From positions 1-55,743 of the IMG/VR virus record IMGVR_UViG_3300020201_000023: DNA of 55,743 nt, one strand, 5' to 3'. The translations under genes and the position numbers were made by a program. Under the pieces are notes generated by a model that was not told the origin of the DNA, did no database searches, and saw only the letters and a program-made list of their open reading frames with translations. Numbering within the stretch: the stretch's first letter is position 1; each line of letters starts with the position of its first letter. This DNA comes from a virus. Lineage: Duplodnaviria; Caudoviricetes. Of this stretch, positions 1 through 8,145 are shown piece by piece.

Positions 1-7
1 CTGCGCG

Positions 8-106
8 CCGTGCCCCTCGCGAGCACGGCGCGCAGCACGGCGACGGTCGGCCGCTCCGCGCGTATCTCGTCGGCGATGGCGTCGGCCTGCGCCTGCACTG
101 CGCGGC
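8..106. repeat. Terminal direct repeat, left copy (99 bp); circular assembly overlap
   Basis: ccgtgcccctcgc...gcactgcgcggc is identical to 55634-55732, and an ORF reads through the junction. Confidence 0.93.
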
Positions 107-344
107 TCCATGCGTCGGAGCCGGCCCACCGTTCGGCGGCGGTAGACGCGCCGCGCATCCTCGCGACGGCGGCGGCGATCGGCCAGTCGTCGGCACGCGG
201 ACCGGACCACGGCGCGTCGGACGCCTTGCGCTCGTCGTCGTCGAGGCGCGCTACTCGAGCGACGCGCGCTAGCCACACGCGGTCGAGCATGACGACAGGG
301 CGCGGCGGCGTGGCGAGCGTCGGCGAGAAGGGCGGCGGTGTCAT
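8..344 (-). CDS. Hypothetical protein, 5' part (continues across the circular junction to 55518)
   Basis: ATG at 344 overlaps the MTase stop (ATGA). MTPPPFSPT... runs in frame into VQAQADAIADEIRAERP of ORF 55518-55724. Confidence 0.7.
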
Positions 345-1432
345 TCGAGCCCGTCCACGTATGCGATGCGCTCACCGATCCACCGCAGCACGGGCACGGC
401 GATCGAGTTGCCTAGCGCCGCGTATCGCGGCCCGTCCTTCGCGCCAGGGATCGCCGTGTAGTCGTCGGCGAATCCCATCAGCCGCTCGCACTCGCGCGGC
501 GTCAGTCGCCGGACGCGGGCGGATTCGAACACGCCCATCCCTTCCGTTTTGCGTCCGAGCGCAGGCGAGACCGCGCCCGAAATCGGGTCTTGCTGGCGAT
601 GAAATGCGATCGCAGGTGCGTGCGAGGTTTTGCCGAGGGTGGGTGCAGGGTCGCCCGCCTCCGGTCGCGATCGATTCGTCGCGCTCGTGATCTGCGTCGA
701 GTCGAACGGTATCAGAGTCTCTAGCGATGCGTCGTGGTGTCGGCCCTCGCGCGTAGTCAGCGTTTGCGCGACTATGTGACCTGTTGCGGCTCCATGAGCT
801 CCGGGGTCATGGCCACCGCTTCGAGCGCGGCCATCAAGGCATCCGGCAACGTCCGCCCGCGCCTTTCGGACCGGCGCAGAATCCCGGCGCATGCTCGCGG
901 CGTCAAATAGTACCGCGGCGGCACGCTGCCAGAGTCCTCGATCGTGGCCGACAAGGAACACGCGACGGCGACGCTGGGCGACTCCGAAGTGCTGAGCGTC
1001 CAGCACTCGCCAGGCGAACCCATACCCGAGCTCTGCCAGCCCCCCGGCGAAGGCTCCCAGCGCCCGTCCGCCGTCCGATGACAGGACGCCGGGGACATTC
1101 TCCCAAACGATCCAGCGGGGGCGTGCTCGCGCAGCAAGTCGCAGAAACTCGAGCGATAGAGAGCCGCGATCTCCATCCATGCCAGCTCGAAGGCCGGCGA
1201 CGGAGAAGTCCTGACAGGGCGTTCCGCCCATGAGAAGGTCAATGCCTGCACTCTGTGCCTCCGTGATCTTTGTGAAGTCGCCGAGATTCGGCACGTTGGG
1301 GTAGTGGTGAGCGAGCACGCGCGATGGGAACGGCGCGATCTCCGACTGAAACGCGCACGTCCAGCCGAGCGGATGCCACGCTGCCGCGTCAGCACCGATG
1401 CCGCTGCACACGCTTCCGTAGACGAGCGTCAC
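341..1432 (-). CDS. DNA (cytosine-5)-methyltransferase
   Basis: Motifs SVCSGIG (I), GGTPCQDFS (IV), WENVPG (VI), QRRRRVF (VIII), RRLTPRECERLMGF (IX), LGNS (X). GTG start overlaps the upstream stop. Confidence 0.93.
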   Translation of the reverse strand: MTLVYGSVCSGIGADAAAWHPLGWTCAFQSEIAPFPSRVLAHHYPNVPNLGDFTKITEAQSAGIDLLMGGTPCQDFSVAGLRAGMDGDRGSLSLEFLRLAARARPRWIVWENVPGVLSSDGGRALGAFAGGLAELGYGFAWRVLDAQHFGVAQRRRRVFLVGHDRGLWQRAAAVLFDAASMRRDSAPVRKARADVAGCLDGRARSGGHDPGAHGAATGHIVAQTLTTREGRHHDASLETLIPFDSTQITSATNRSRPEAGDPAPTLGKTSHAPAIAFHRQQDPISGAVSPALGRKTEGMGVFESARVRRLTPRECERLMGFADDYTAIPGAKDGPRYAALGNSIAVPVLRWIGERIAYVDGLE

Positions 1433-1611
1433 GCGCAGCGCTCCGCCCGCAGGATGCGCGCATACGCGGCGCGGCCCCACGCGTCACGCGCCGCCGTCAT
1501 CGCGTCGGCGTCCGCAGCGCACACGGGACCGATGGCGCGCACGCGTAGGATGCGATCCGCGCGGCGGCGCATCTCGACGGCGTAGGCGGCGCGGAGAGCG
1601 GCGGCGGTCAC
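1429..1611 (-). CDS. Small hypothetical protein
   Basis: 4-bp start/stop overlaps at both ends. Confidence 0.55.
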   Translation of the reverse strand: MTAAALRAAYAVEMRRRADRILRVRAIGPVCAADADAMTAARDAWGRAAYARILRAERCA

Positions 1612-2579
1612 GGCAGCACCTCTTGCGCGAGCCGCTTGGCGGCGACCTCGCAGTAGCGTTCTTCACGTTCGATCATAATGCCGCGCCTCCCTAAGTTTTT
1701 GGCGGCACGCATCGCGGTTCCGCTTCCGCCGAACGGGTCGAGAACGACATCGCCAGGCCGAGAACTAACGCGGATAATCTGCGCGAACATCGCCTCCGGC
1801 TTCTGCGTCGGATGTTGCCGTTGCCGTCCCGGAGTCTGGAAGCGCCACACGTCGCCCCACTGCTCGGAAGTGGTTGCAAAGAACGGGCGGCGCAGGTCTT
1901 CGTACTCGCGGCGCAGGTATTCTCCTCCGCCTGCGTTTAGGCAAGCGCGGATCGTGGCGTAGTGCTCGGCGGTAGGAAGCGCCCACTGCACCGACGAGAA
2001 CCAGTGCCCCGCCATATCCGTTGCTGTTGCATCATTGATCTGCTTGCGAGCAACACCGGCGCGTGCCCGTTCGCCGTCGAGGTACGCGCGGATCGGTTCA
2101 AACACAAAGCCGCGCACCTCGTCGCACTTGCTGACGTACCCCGCCTCGCCCTTGGCGAGATTGTCGGCGCCGTAGCACTCAGCGACGACGATGCGCTCGG
2201 TCTGCCCGGTCCAGTAAGTTCGCAGCCCTGGCACCTCGGGCTTGCCGCCGGGCGTCGTCTTGTCCCACACGACCGAAGCGATAACCGCAAGATGCGCTCG
2301 CACCACGCCCTCGACGCGCGCAGACATCTGCGGCGACGAGAAGGCGTAAAGCGTAGCGTTGTCGCGCATGAGCGGGCACGCGAGCGCCACCCAGGAATCA
2401 AACCACGCGAGAAATTCGCCGTCCGTCTCCCACTGGTTGTCCCATTCCGCGTCGATGACCCCGTGGTAGGGCGGGTCAGCGATCACGAGAGACACGGACG
2501 CGGCTGGCAACGCGGGCAGAATCCCCATCGCGTCGCCGTGGTAAATGGTGATTCCGCCGTGGTCGTAGTAGGGAGTCAA
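1608..2579 (-). CDS. DNA methyltransferase (N6-A/N4-C, beta class) with internal insertion
   Basis: IYHGDA...ADPPY, HPTQKP, VLDPFGGSGT, EERYCEVAAKRL. TTG start overlaps the upstream TGA. Confidence 0.9.
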   Translation of the reverse strand: MTPYYDHGGITIYHGDAMGILPALPAASVSLVIADPPYHGVIDAEWDNQWETDGEFLAWFDSWVALACPLMRDNATLYAFSSPQMSARVEGVVRAHLAVIASVVWDKTTPGGKPEVPGLRTYWTGQTERIVVAECYGADNLAKGEAGYVSKCDEVRGFVFEPIRAYLDGERARAGVARKQINDATATDMAGHWFSSVQWALPTAEHYATIRACLNAGGGEYLRREYEDLRRPFFATTSEQWGDVWRFQTPGRQRQHPTQKPEAMFAQIIRVSSRPGDVVLDPFGGSGTAMRAAKNLGRRGIMIEREERYCEVAAKRLAQEVLP

Positions 2580-3214
2580 GACCACGCCCCCGACCAGTGC
2601 TCGAGCTCGACCAGCGGGCGCCGCCCTTGTCGTCGCGCCTGGAACTCGACGACCACGAAATCGCTCTTTGCGCCGCCGGCGGCGAGCTCGCCCTCGAACC
2701 GCGGACGCGTCGACAGGATGACGATGCGCGTCACCTCGACGCACGCCCAGAGCTCCGCCCCGCGGGTTGCGCCGGCGAGCGTGGCGAGCCTCACGAGGGC
2801 AACAACGCGCGGCGCGAACTGGATCGCATGCGCGAGAAACTCGCCGTCGAGGCCGTTCTCGTAGGGTGGATTCTGCACCACGAGATCGGCCGGCATGATG
2901 TCGCCGGGCCGCAGGTCCAGGAACGAGCCCGGGGTCACGCGCCCAAGATTCTCGGCTTCGAGCGCGGCGACGTATCGCGGATCGAGCTCGACGGCGTCGA
3001 CGCGGAAAGCGCCAGCAGCGAGGCACGCGCGACGCAGCGCACCACCGCCCGCCGACGGTTCGAGCACGCGCCGCCCTCGCACGTCCGCCCACTCCGCGAT
3101 GCGCTCAGCGAGCCGCGGCGGGGTGAAGTATTGCGAGAGTCGCTTCGCTCGATCGGTGTCGCCGGGCGCAGCGATCGGGATCAAGGCGTCGAGATCGAAG
3201 AGCGAGAGCGTCAC
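2576..3214 (-). CDS. SAM-dependent DNA (adenine-N6) methyltransferase-like protein
   Basis: QYFTP, VLEPSAGGG, AVELD and QNPPY motifs. Confidence 0.85.
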   Translation of the reverse strand: MTLSLFDLDALIPIAAPGDTDRAKRLSQYFTPPRLAERIAEWADVRGRRVLEPSAGGGALRRACLAAGAFRVDAVELDPRYVAALEAENLGRVTPGSFLDLRPGDIMPADLVVQNPPYENGLDGEFLAHAIQFAPRVVALVRLATLAGATRGAELWACVEVTRIVILSTRPRFEGELAAGGAKSDFVVVEFQARRQGRRPLVELEHWSGAWS

Positions 3215-3507
3215 GGCTCCGCTCCCGCCTCAAGCCGCGCCAGCCGCTCCTCGCGCGCGACAGTGCACGCGCTGCGGTCGCCGAGAGCCGCGAGCAGATC
3301 GCGCAGCACGCGTGCCCTGTCGAGTGCGCGCGCGCGCTGCCGCGAAGGACGCGCCGGCAGCATACTGGCGTCCGCTTCGTCGAGCGCGTGCTCGAACAGC
3401 GACAGCAGCATCGGCACCACGCCGCTGTCGACAGCGCGCGTGTGCAGGTATGCGAGGTCGCCGGTGAGGGCGAGTTGCGACGACGCACCGAAGAGGTCGC
3501 CGGTCAC
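3211..3507 (-). CDS. Hypothetical protein
   Basis: GTGA-coupled ORF starting VTGDLFGASS. Confidence 0.55.
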   Translation of the reverse strand: MTGDLFGASSQLALTGDLAYLHTRAVDSGVVPMLLSLFEHALDEADASMLPARPSRQRARALDRARVLRDLLAALGDRSACTVAREERLARLEAGAEP

Positions 3508-3833
3508 GTCGCCACCTTCGCGCGTGCGATGCGCTTCTCGCTGAACTGCGTTTTGCCGCACATCCGCCGCCGTGCGACTTCGATCGTCGTACGCTGCCGC
3601 CGTGCTTCCCCGGCGCACAGCGTGAGAGCGCGTGCGAGGTGGACGGTCCACGCCATCGGCGGGGCGGCGGTCGGCCGCGCGCTCACCACGGCGTACGCGT
3701 CGGCGAGCGCGATTGCCTCCTGCGCGCGCACGGCCACGCTCCGCGCCGCGAGCGCGTCCGCGGCCATCTCGATGCCGAGGGCGCGTGAGCATATCGCGCA
3801 CGCGTGGCACCACCCGCAGCGCGGCGCGGTCAC
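3504..3833 (-). CDS. Hypothetical protein (CxxCxxC; ends AKVAT)
   Basis: Coupled ORF sharing motifs with its neighbours. Confidence 0.55.
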   Translation of the reverse strand: MTAPRCGWCHACAICSRALGIEMAADALAARSVAVRAQEAIALADAYAVVSARPTAAPPMAWTVHLARALTLCAGEARRQRTTIEVARRRMCGKTQFSEKRIARAKVAT

Positions 3834-4066
3834 GTCGCCACCTTGTCGCGTGCCGTGTTATACGCCGCCAGCGCGTCGACAACCCGCGCTTGACTGTCGT
3901 GCTCGGTCGAAGCGTTGTAGTCCCCCAGCAGTCGCGCGACTGCGACGGCGAGCACATCAGCAGCGCACATCGCGGCGCGCGCATTCGCCGTGGCGCGCGA
4001 CAAACCAGCGTCACGTCGTCGCCCGCATTCGTAGCACGTGCAGGCGGGGCGGTCGGGAAGCGTCAC
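3830..4066 (-). CDS. Hypothetical protein (CxCxxC; ends DKVAT)
   Basis: Coupled ORF. Confidence 0.55.
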   Translation of the reverse strand: MTLPDRPACTCYECGRRRDAGLSRATANARAAMCAADVLAVAVARLLGDYNASTEHDSQARVVDALAAYNTARDKVAT

Positions 4067-4701
4067 AGCAGCACCTCTTGCGCGAGCCGCTTGGCGGCGA
4101 CCTCGCAGTAGCGTTCTTCGATCTCAATCCCCACCGCAAAGCGCCCTAGATCCTTCGCAGCGCGGAGCGTCGAACCGCTCCCAGCAAACGTGTCCAAGAC
4201 CACGCCAGCGGGACACTTGCTGATAAGTGCGTGCATGAGCGCGACCGGCTTTTCGTGCGGATGGACGCGACCGTTTGCGGCCGTCGACTGCACAGGCGCA
4301 AAACACAGAACATCGGAGGTGCGAGCGCCAACAAAGCCGTGCCCGATAACATATATTTCCTGGTGCGACGGCTTCCACGGGATTGCTAGATCCCCCATCC
4401 CAAGGGCTCCTTTCGTGTCCCACACGAGCAGCGCGCGCGTTGCGGACGGGCGAGGAACTCGCCAGGTGCCGAAGAGCAGCGCCGACCACTCCGGCAGCAG
4501 CGCGAGTACGCCATCCCTCGCCGACGTGTCCTTGTCTCCTTGGATCGAGCGAGGCAGCACACCGTAGGCCCCTGATCTGTAGTCGATTCCGTACGGCGGA
4601 TCGCTCACTAGGACGCCCGGAGCGAGCCCGATGGAAGGCAGCACTTCAAGCGCGTCGCCGTGGTAAATGGTGATTCCGCCATGGTCGTAGTAGGGAGTCA
4701 C
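4063..4701 (-). CDS. DNA methyltransferase (N6-A/N4-C, beta class)
   Basis: SDPPY, HPHEKP and VLDTFAGSGST motifs. Termini are near-identical to those of 1608-2579. Confidence 0.9.
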   Translation of the reverse strand: MTPYYDHGGITIYHGDALEVLPSIGLAPGVLVSDPPYGIDYRSGAYGVLPRSIQGDKDTSARDGVLALLPEWSALLFGTWRVPRPSATRALLVWDTKGALGMGDLAIPWKPSHQEIYVIGHGFVGARTSDVLCFAPVQSTAANGRVHPHEKPVALMHALISKCPAGVVLDTFAGSGSTLRAAKDLGRFAVGIEIEERYCEVAAKRLAQEVLL

Positions 4702-4913
4702 GTCGCCACCTTCGCGCGTGCCGCGGCGTACGCGTCAGCGAGTGTGATCGCGACCTCGTCGCACCCGTCGGCGACCCACGCCGCAAGCGCGTCGGCTGCG
4801 ATGACGCACGCGCACAGGTCGGACACGTGCTTGCGCAGGTCGCGCTCCAGGTCGCGCAGTTCTGCGTCGAGTTGCTCGTCGGTCTCGGGCAACGGCGCCT
4901 TGCGCGCGGTCAT
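4698..4913 (-). CDS. Hypothetical protein
   Basis: MTARKAP...AKVAT, coupled to both neighbours. Confidence 0.55.
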   Translation of the reverse strand: MTARKAPLPETDEQLDAELRDLERDLRKHVSDLCACVIAADALAAWVADGCDEVAITLADAYAAARAKVAT

Positions 4914-5815
4914 CGCTTCGCCTCCGCGCGTGCTTCCGCGCATGCGTCGGAGAGGAGCTCTATCATCAGCTTCCCGATGACGGTCAGGTGCGGGTCATAC
5001 CAGTAGTCACCGCCGTGCAGATATTGGAGCAGGTCGCGCGCTTCGTCTGCTCGCACGATAGGCGCCAGTCCTTGCCAGTCTGTGCGGAAGCGTGTGAGCG
5101 CCGCGTCGACGAGCGGCGACACGCCGAGCGCGACCCAGAAGCCGGCCGGGCCGTCCGTGGAGCGTGCCGCGTTGTACGCGTCAGCGAGCCGGCCGCCTTC
5201 CGTGTCTCTCCACTCGCCGTCGTCGGTGTAGAGGTCGCCGGTCTCGCGCGTCCACCCGAGGAACGCATCCGCCGCCGCCACGCATACCCGCATCGCCGTG
5301 AACGCCTCGTGCGCGTCGACTCGCGCTCGCGTCGCGTCGAGCGATATCTGGTCGCGGTCGCGGCGCAGCGTCTCGAGCTCGGCGCGCAGGTCGCGCACCG
5401 TGTCGCGCAGTTCGCACGCCTCGTCGTCGAGGCAGATCCACGCCCACGACCCGCCGCGGCGCTTGATGCGCAGCCCGTCGCCGGGGTCGCCCGGTCCGCC
5501 GCAGTCCGCGCAAACGCCGGGGCACACGGGCACCTCCGGCGCGGGCACAGCGACGAAAGCGTCCGCCGCCGTCGTGGCGGTGAGAGCCGTCATGCATTTC
5601 GCGCACATGCGACCCGGCATCGCCTGGCACGCTGTGCTCGCGCAGCCCACCACCTGCACGGTGCTCACGCGCTCGTCGCCTTCGCACACGGTGATGCGCG
5701 TCGCCGTCAGCGCCCTCGCCATCGCGTGGTACCGCTCCGGCGCAGCGTCGTACGTCGCGCGCGCTACGGCGATGCCGCCGGCTTCGAGTGGCTGGTCTTC
5801 TACGGTCTCAGTCAT
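4910..5815 (-). CDS. Hypothetical protein (Cys clusters and coiled coil)
   Basis: RBS GGAGG before MTETVED; ATGA overlap. Confidence 0.6.
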   Translation of the reverse strand: MTETVEDQPLEAGGIAVARATYDAAPERYHAMARALTATRITVCEGDERVSTVQVVGCASTACQAMPGRMCAKCMTALTATTAADAFVAVPAPEVPVCPGVCADCGGPGDPGDGLRIKRRGGSWAWICLDDEACELRDTVRDLRAELETLRRDRDQISLDATRARVDAHEAFTAMRVCVAAADAFLGWTRETGDLYTDDGEWRDTEGGRLADAYNAARSTDGPAGFWVALGVSPLVDAALTRFRTDWQGLAPIVRADEARDLLQYLHGGDYWYDPHLTVIGKLMIELLSDACAEARAEAKR

Positions 5816-6318
5816 GGTCGCCTCCAGAAAGCATTGCGCCCGCCATCTGCACACTCGACGCGCACCCACTCCGCCCGCACGGCGCGCGCGTAATCCTCGC
5901 CCGTCGGCGCCCCCCAATGTTCCGCCGCGCAAGCGCCGTCGCCGCCGGCCCGTGCCGCCTCAACAGCGCGCCGGTACACGCCCGCCAGTCGCGCCGACGG
6001 GCGCCCGCCGGGAAGCGCGAGGATGCGTGCCTGACGCGCGCTAGGCGAGCGCGATCGGTGAACAGCGCAGTAGACGCGCGCCATCGACGCGACGCGCATC
6101 CCGTGCGCAGCGGCGCGACGCTCGAGCACGTCGAGTATCGCGGACCAATCAACGCCACGCTCGTCTTCGGCGACGAGACATCGCGCGACGTCCGCCACGT
6201 CGGCGACGGTCGGGCGAGATTGAGCGAGCACGCGTTCACCGGTGCAGTCGAGGCAGCTCGCGAGGCCGATGCACACCGCGATCGCCGCGAGGACGAGGTC
6301 GTCGATGCCGCGCGTCAC
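5812..6318 (-). CDS. Exported protein, possibly cell-wall-hydrolase (SleB)-like
   Basis: Hydrophobic N-terminus. DVARCLVAED resembles the SleB LARxIxAE motif, but the match is weak. Confidence 0.35.
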   Translation of the reverse strand: MTRGIDDLVLAAIAVCIGLASCLDCTGERVLAQSRPTVADVADVARCLVAEDERGVDWSAILDVLERRAAAHGMRVASMARVYCAVHRSRSPSARQARILALPGGRPSARLAGVYRRAVEAARAGGDGACAAEHWGAPTGEDYARAVRAEWVRVECADGGRNAFWRRP

Positions 6319-7119
6319 GCCTCGCCTCCCGCGCTCGTGTAGCGGATCGCGCTGTCATCCGCGCGCCGCCGCGGTGCAGGCTGCGCGTCACGGCGCGTCG
6401 CATCGCCAGCGCGGAGAGCGCGCCACAGCGAGACGCCGAGGTCACGCGCGGCGCCAGCGAGGCAGCGTGCGTGGTAGTCGAGCTCGCCGGCATACTCGGC
6501 GGCAGCGGCGAGGTGGACGGCGCGGAGGCGCGTGCGCGTGCGCGTCATCGCAGCATCGCCAGCAGCACGAGCGCCGTCAGAACGAGCACGAGGCCAGCGG
6601 ACGCGACGAACGCGCGACCGTCGGCACGGTGGACCTCACGCGCCAGTTTCGCGCGAGACGAATCGCCAGCGGCGGCGCGCGCGCGCTCGGCGTCGAGCCT
6701 GTCGGTCAGGCCGGTGACATCGGACTCCGCCGCCTCCAGATCCGCAAGCGCCTCGGCGAGTTCCGCCTCGAGTTCGCGCCACTGCCGGCGCGTGCGGCGC
6801 GCGGGCTTCGCTTCGGCGGCGTTCACAGCGGCACCTCGACAAACACGAGTTGCGGCCCCGCCTCGGCGTCAGCAGCGGTCGCGAGGCGCATCGCCAGCAC
6901 ATGCCAGAGCATGACGACGGTGACGAGGCCATGGAGTTCCTGCGCCATGTGCGGCAGGCCGGCGCGCTCGGCGTCAACGACACGCTCTGCCAGCGCGTTC
7001 GCGCTGCGCGCCGCATAACTCGCGATGTCAACAGCGATAGCCGCGCGCACGTCAGGGACGACCTGCGCCCACGCGGCGGCAAAGTCCGCGAGTTCCGCCG
7101 GCAGGTCGGCGGCGGTCAC
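6315..7119 (-). CDS. Three coupled small hypothetical genes (6315-6548; 6545-6826 with coiled coil and TM helix; 6823-7119)
   Basis: Consecutive 4-bp overlaps. Confidence 0.55.
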
Positions 7120-7406
7120 TTCGCCACCGCCTTCCGCGCAGACTTGCCGCCGTGAAGCGCAGCGAGGGCGCGATGCACGTTGGCGCCGTCGGGCGGAAGC
7201 GCCGCCGCGTCGTTGCGCGGAGACGGCAGCAGCCAGACGGCATGGTCGAGGTATCCGGCGATCGTGCCGCCGTAGTCGGCGACGAGTTCCGCGAGGCGGT
7301 CTTTCGTCGACTGCTTGACGAGCGCGTAGATGACAGGGGGACGGTGCCCCACGGTGGACGGTCGCGTATTCGCTCGCGCACTCGGGCGCTTCTTCGGTGT
7401 GCTCAT
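7116..7406 (-). CDS. Small putative DNA-binding protein (ribbon-helix-helix-like), first gene of the leftward operon
   Basis: Basic N-terminus, then VIYALVKQSTKDRLAELVADYGGTIAGYLDHAV. Confidence 0.45.
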   Translation of the reverse strand: MSTPKKRPSARANTRPSTVGHRPPVIYALVKQSTKDRLAELVADYGGTIAGYLDHAVWLLPSPRNDAAALPPDGANVHRALAALHGGKSARKAVAK

Positions 7407-7409
7407 GCG

Positions 7410-7462
7410 TCCACCATCTATCAGACGCACGGCGCATGCGCAAGCGCTATCTTGCGAGTGCC
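7410..7462 (-). promoter_or_regulatory. Putative leftward promoter with overlapping inverted repeat
   Basis: Minus strand TTGCGC-N17-TAGATG. The cgcaag...cttgcg palindrome overlaps the -35 box. Confidence 0.45.
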
Positions 7463-8068
7463 CACGGGCGCTACGCTTGGGAGGGAGCGAGGCGACGGAT
7501 CACCCCCTCTTTCCCCCGAGGCTTCTACGCCTTCGAGAGAAGAGGGTGGATGCGCTGCGCCCGTGTCGGTCGCTCGGCAGACCTGCTGATCACCCGACGC
7601 ACATCCGCAGACGCACGCCGCGCACCACACTCCCTGTCTCACGGCGCCAGCAGATCTAAGCGCGCACGCGAGCGGAGCGCCGAGTCTGATTCAGCGGTCC
7701 GGTGCAGTGGTGACGTCGTGGCTATTCGGCCCGGACGTCTCTCGTCGTCCCTCATCGCTTGCGCGTAGGACGAGCGAGCCCGCGAGAGTGATGCTCCCGT
7801 CGGCTATCGAGGCCGACCCGTCCTCACTACACGACGAGCGCGCACTGCGCAAGTGCGCAGGATACACCTCCGCCGCTGCTCGAACAGCGGAGAGGCTGGC
7901 CACGCGCGGCGGTCGGTACTCCGGGAGGAGAGTTCCGATCGCGATTGCTCGCGGTTGCGTCGACTCTGCTTGCTGCCGGCTAGCAGTCAAGCGCGCGCGC
8001 AAGCGTGAAACAAAATGATACAAAACGTTGCACTTTGTGGCAATCGGCACGCATACGCAAAATAAATC

Positions 8069-8096
8069 TTGCGCGCAGTCGTGGACCTGATAGTGT
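8069..8096 (+). promoter_or_regulatory. Putative rightward early promoter
   Basis: TTGCGC-N16-TAGTGT downstream of an AT-rich tract (8005-8068). It shares CTGATAG with the leftward promoter. Confidence 0.45.
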
Positions 8097-8145
8097 CTCT
8101 CTTGTCAGGCGGACGGGCCGCCGACGCGACGAGAGAGACGACACC

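Noticed and set aside
1-7. Non-matching contig tips (1-7 and 55733-55743) as real inverted terminal structures
   Set aside because: Each tip is the reverse complement of nearby sequence (23-35 and about 139-155), typical of fold-back read artefacts.
8-106. 99-bp repeat as a biological terminal repeat or att site
   Set aside because: It lies mid-gene and its length is typical of assembler overlap, so it indicates circularity only.
341-4701. Restriction-modification system
   Set aside because: No cognate endonuclease is recognisable; the MTases appear to be orphans.
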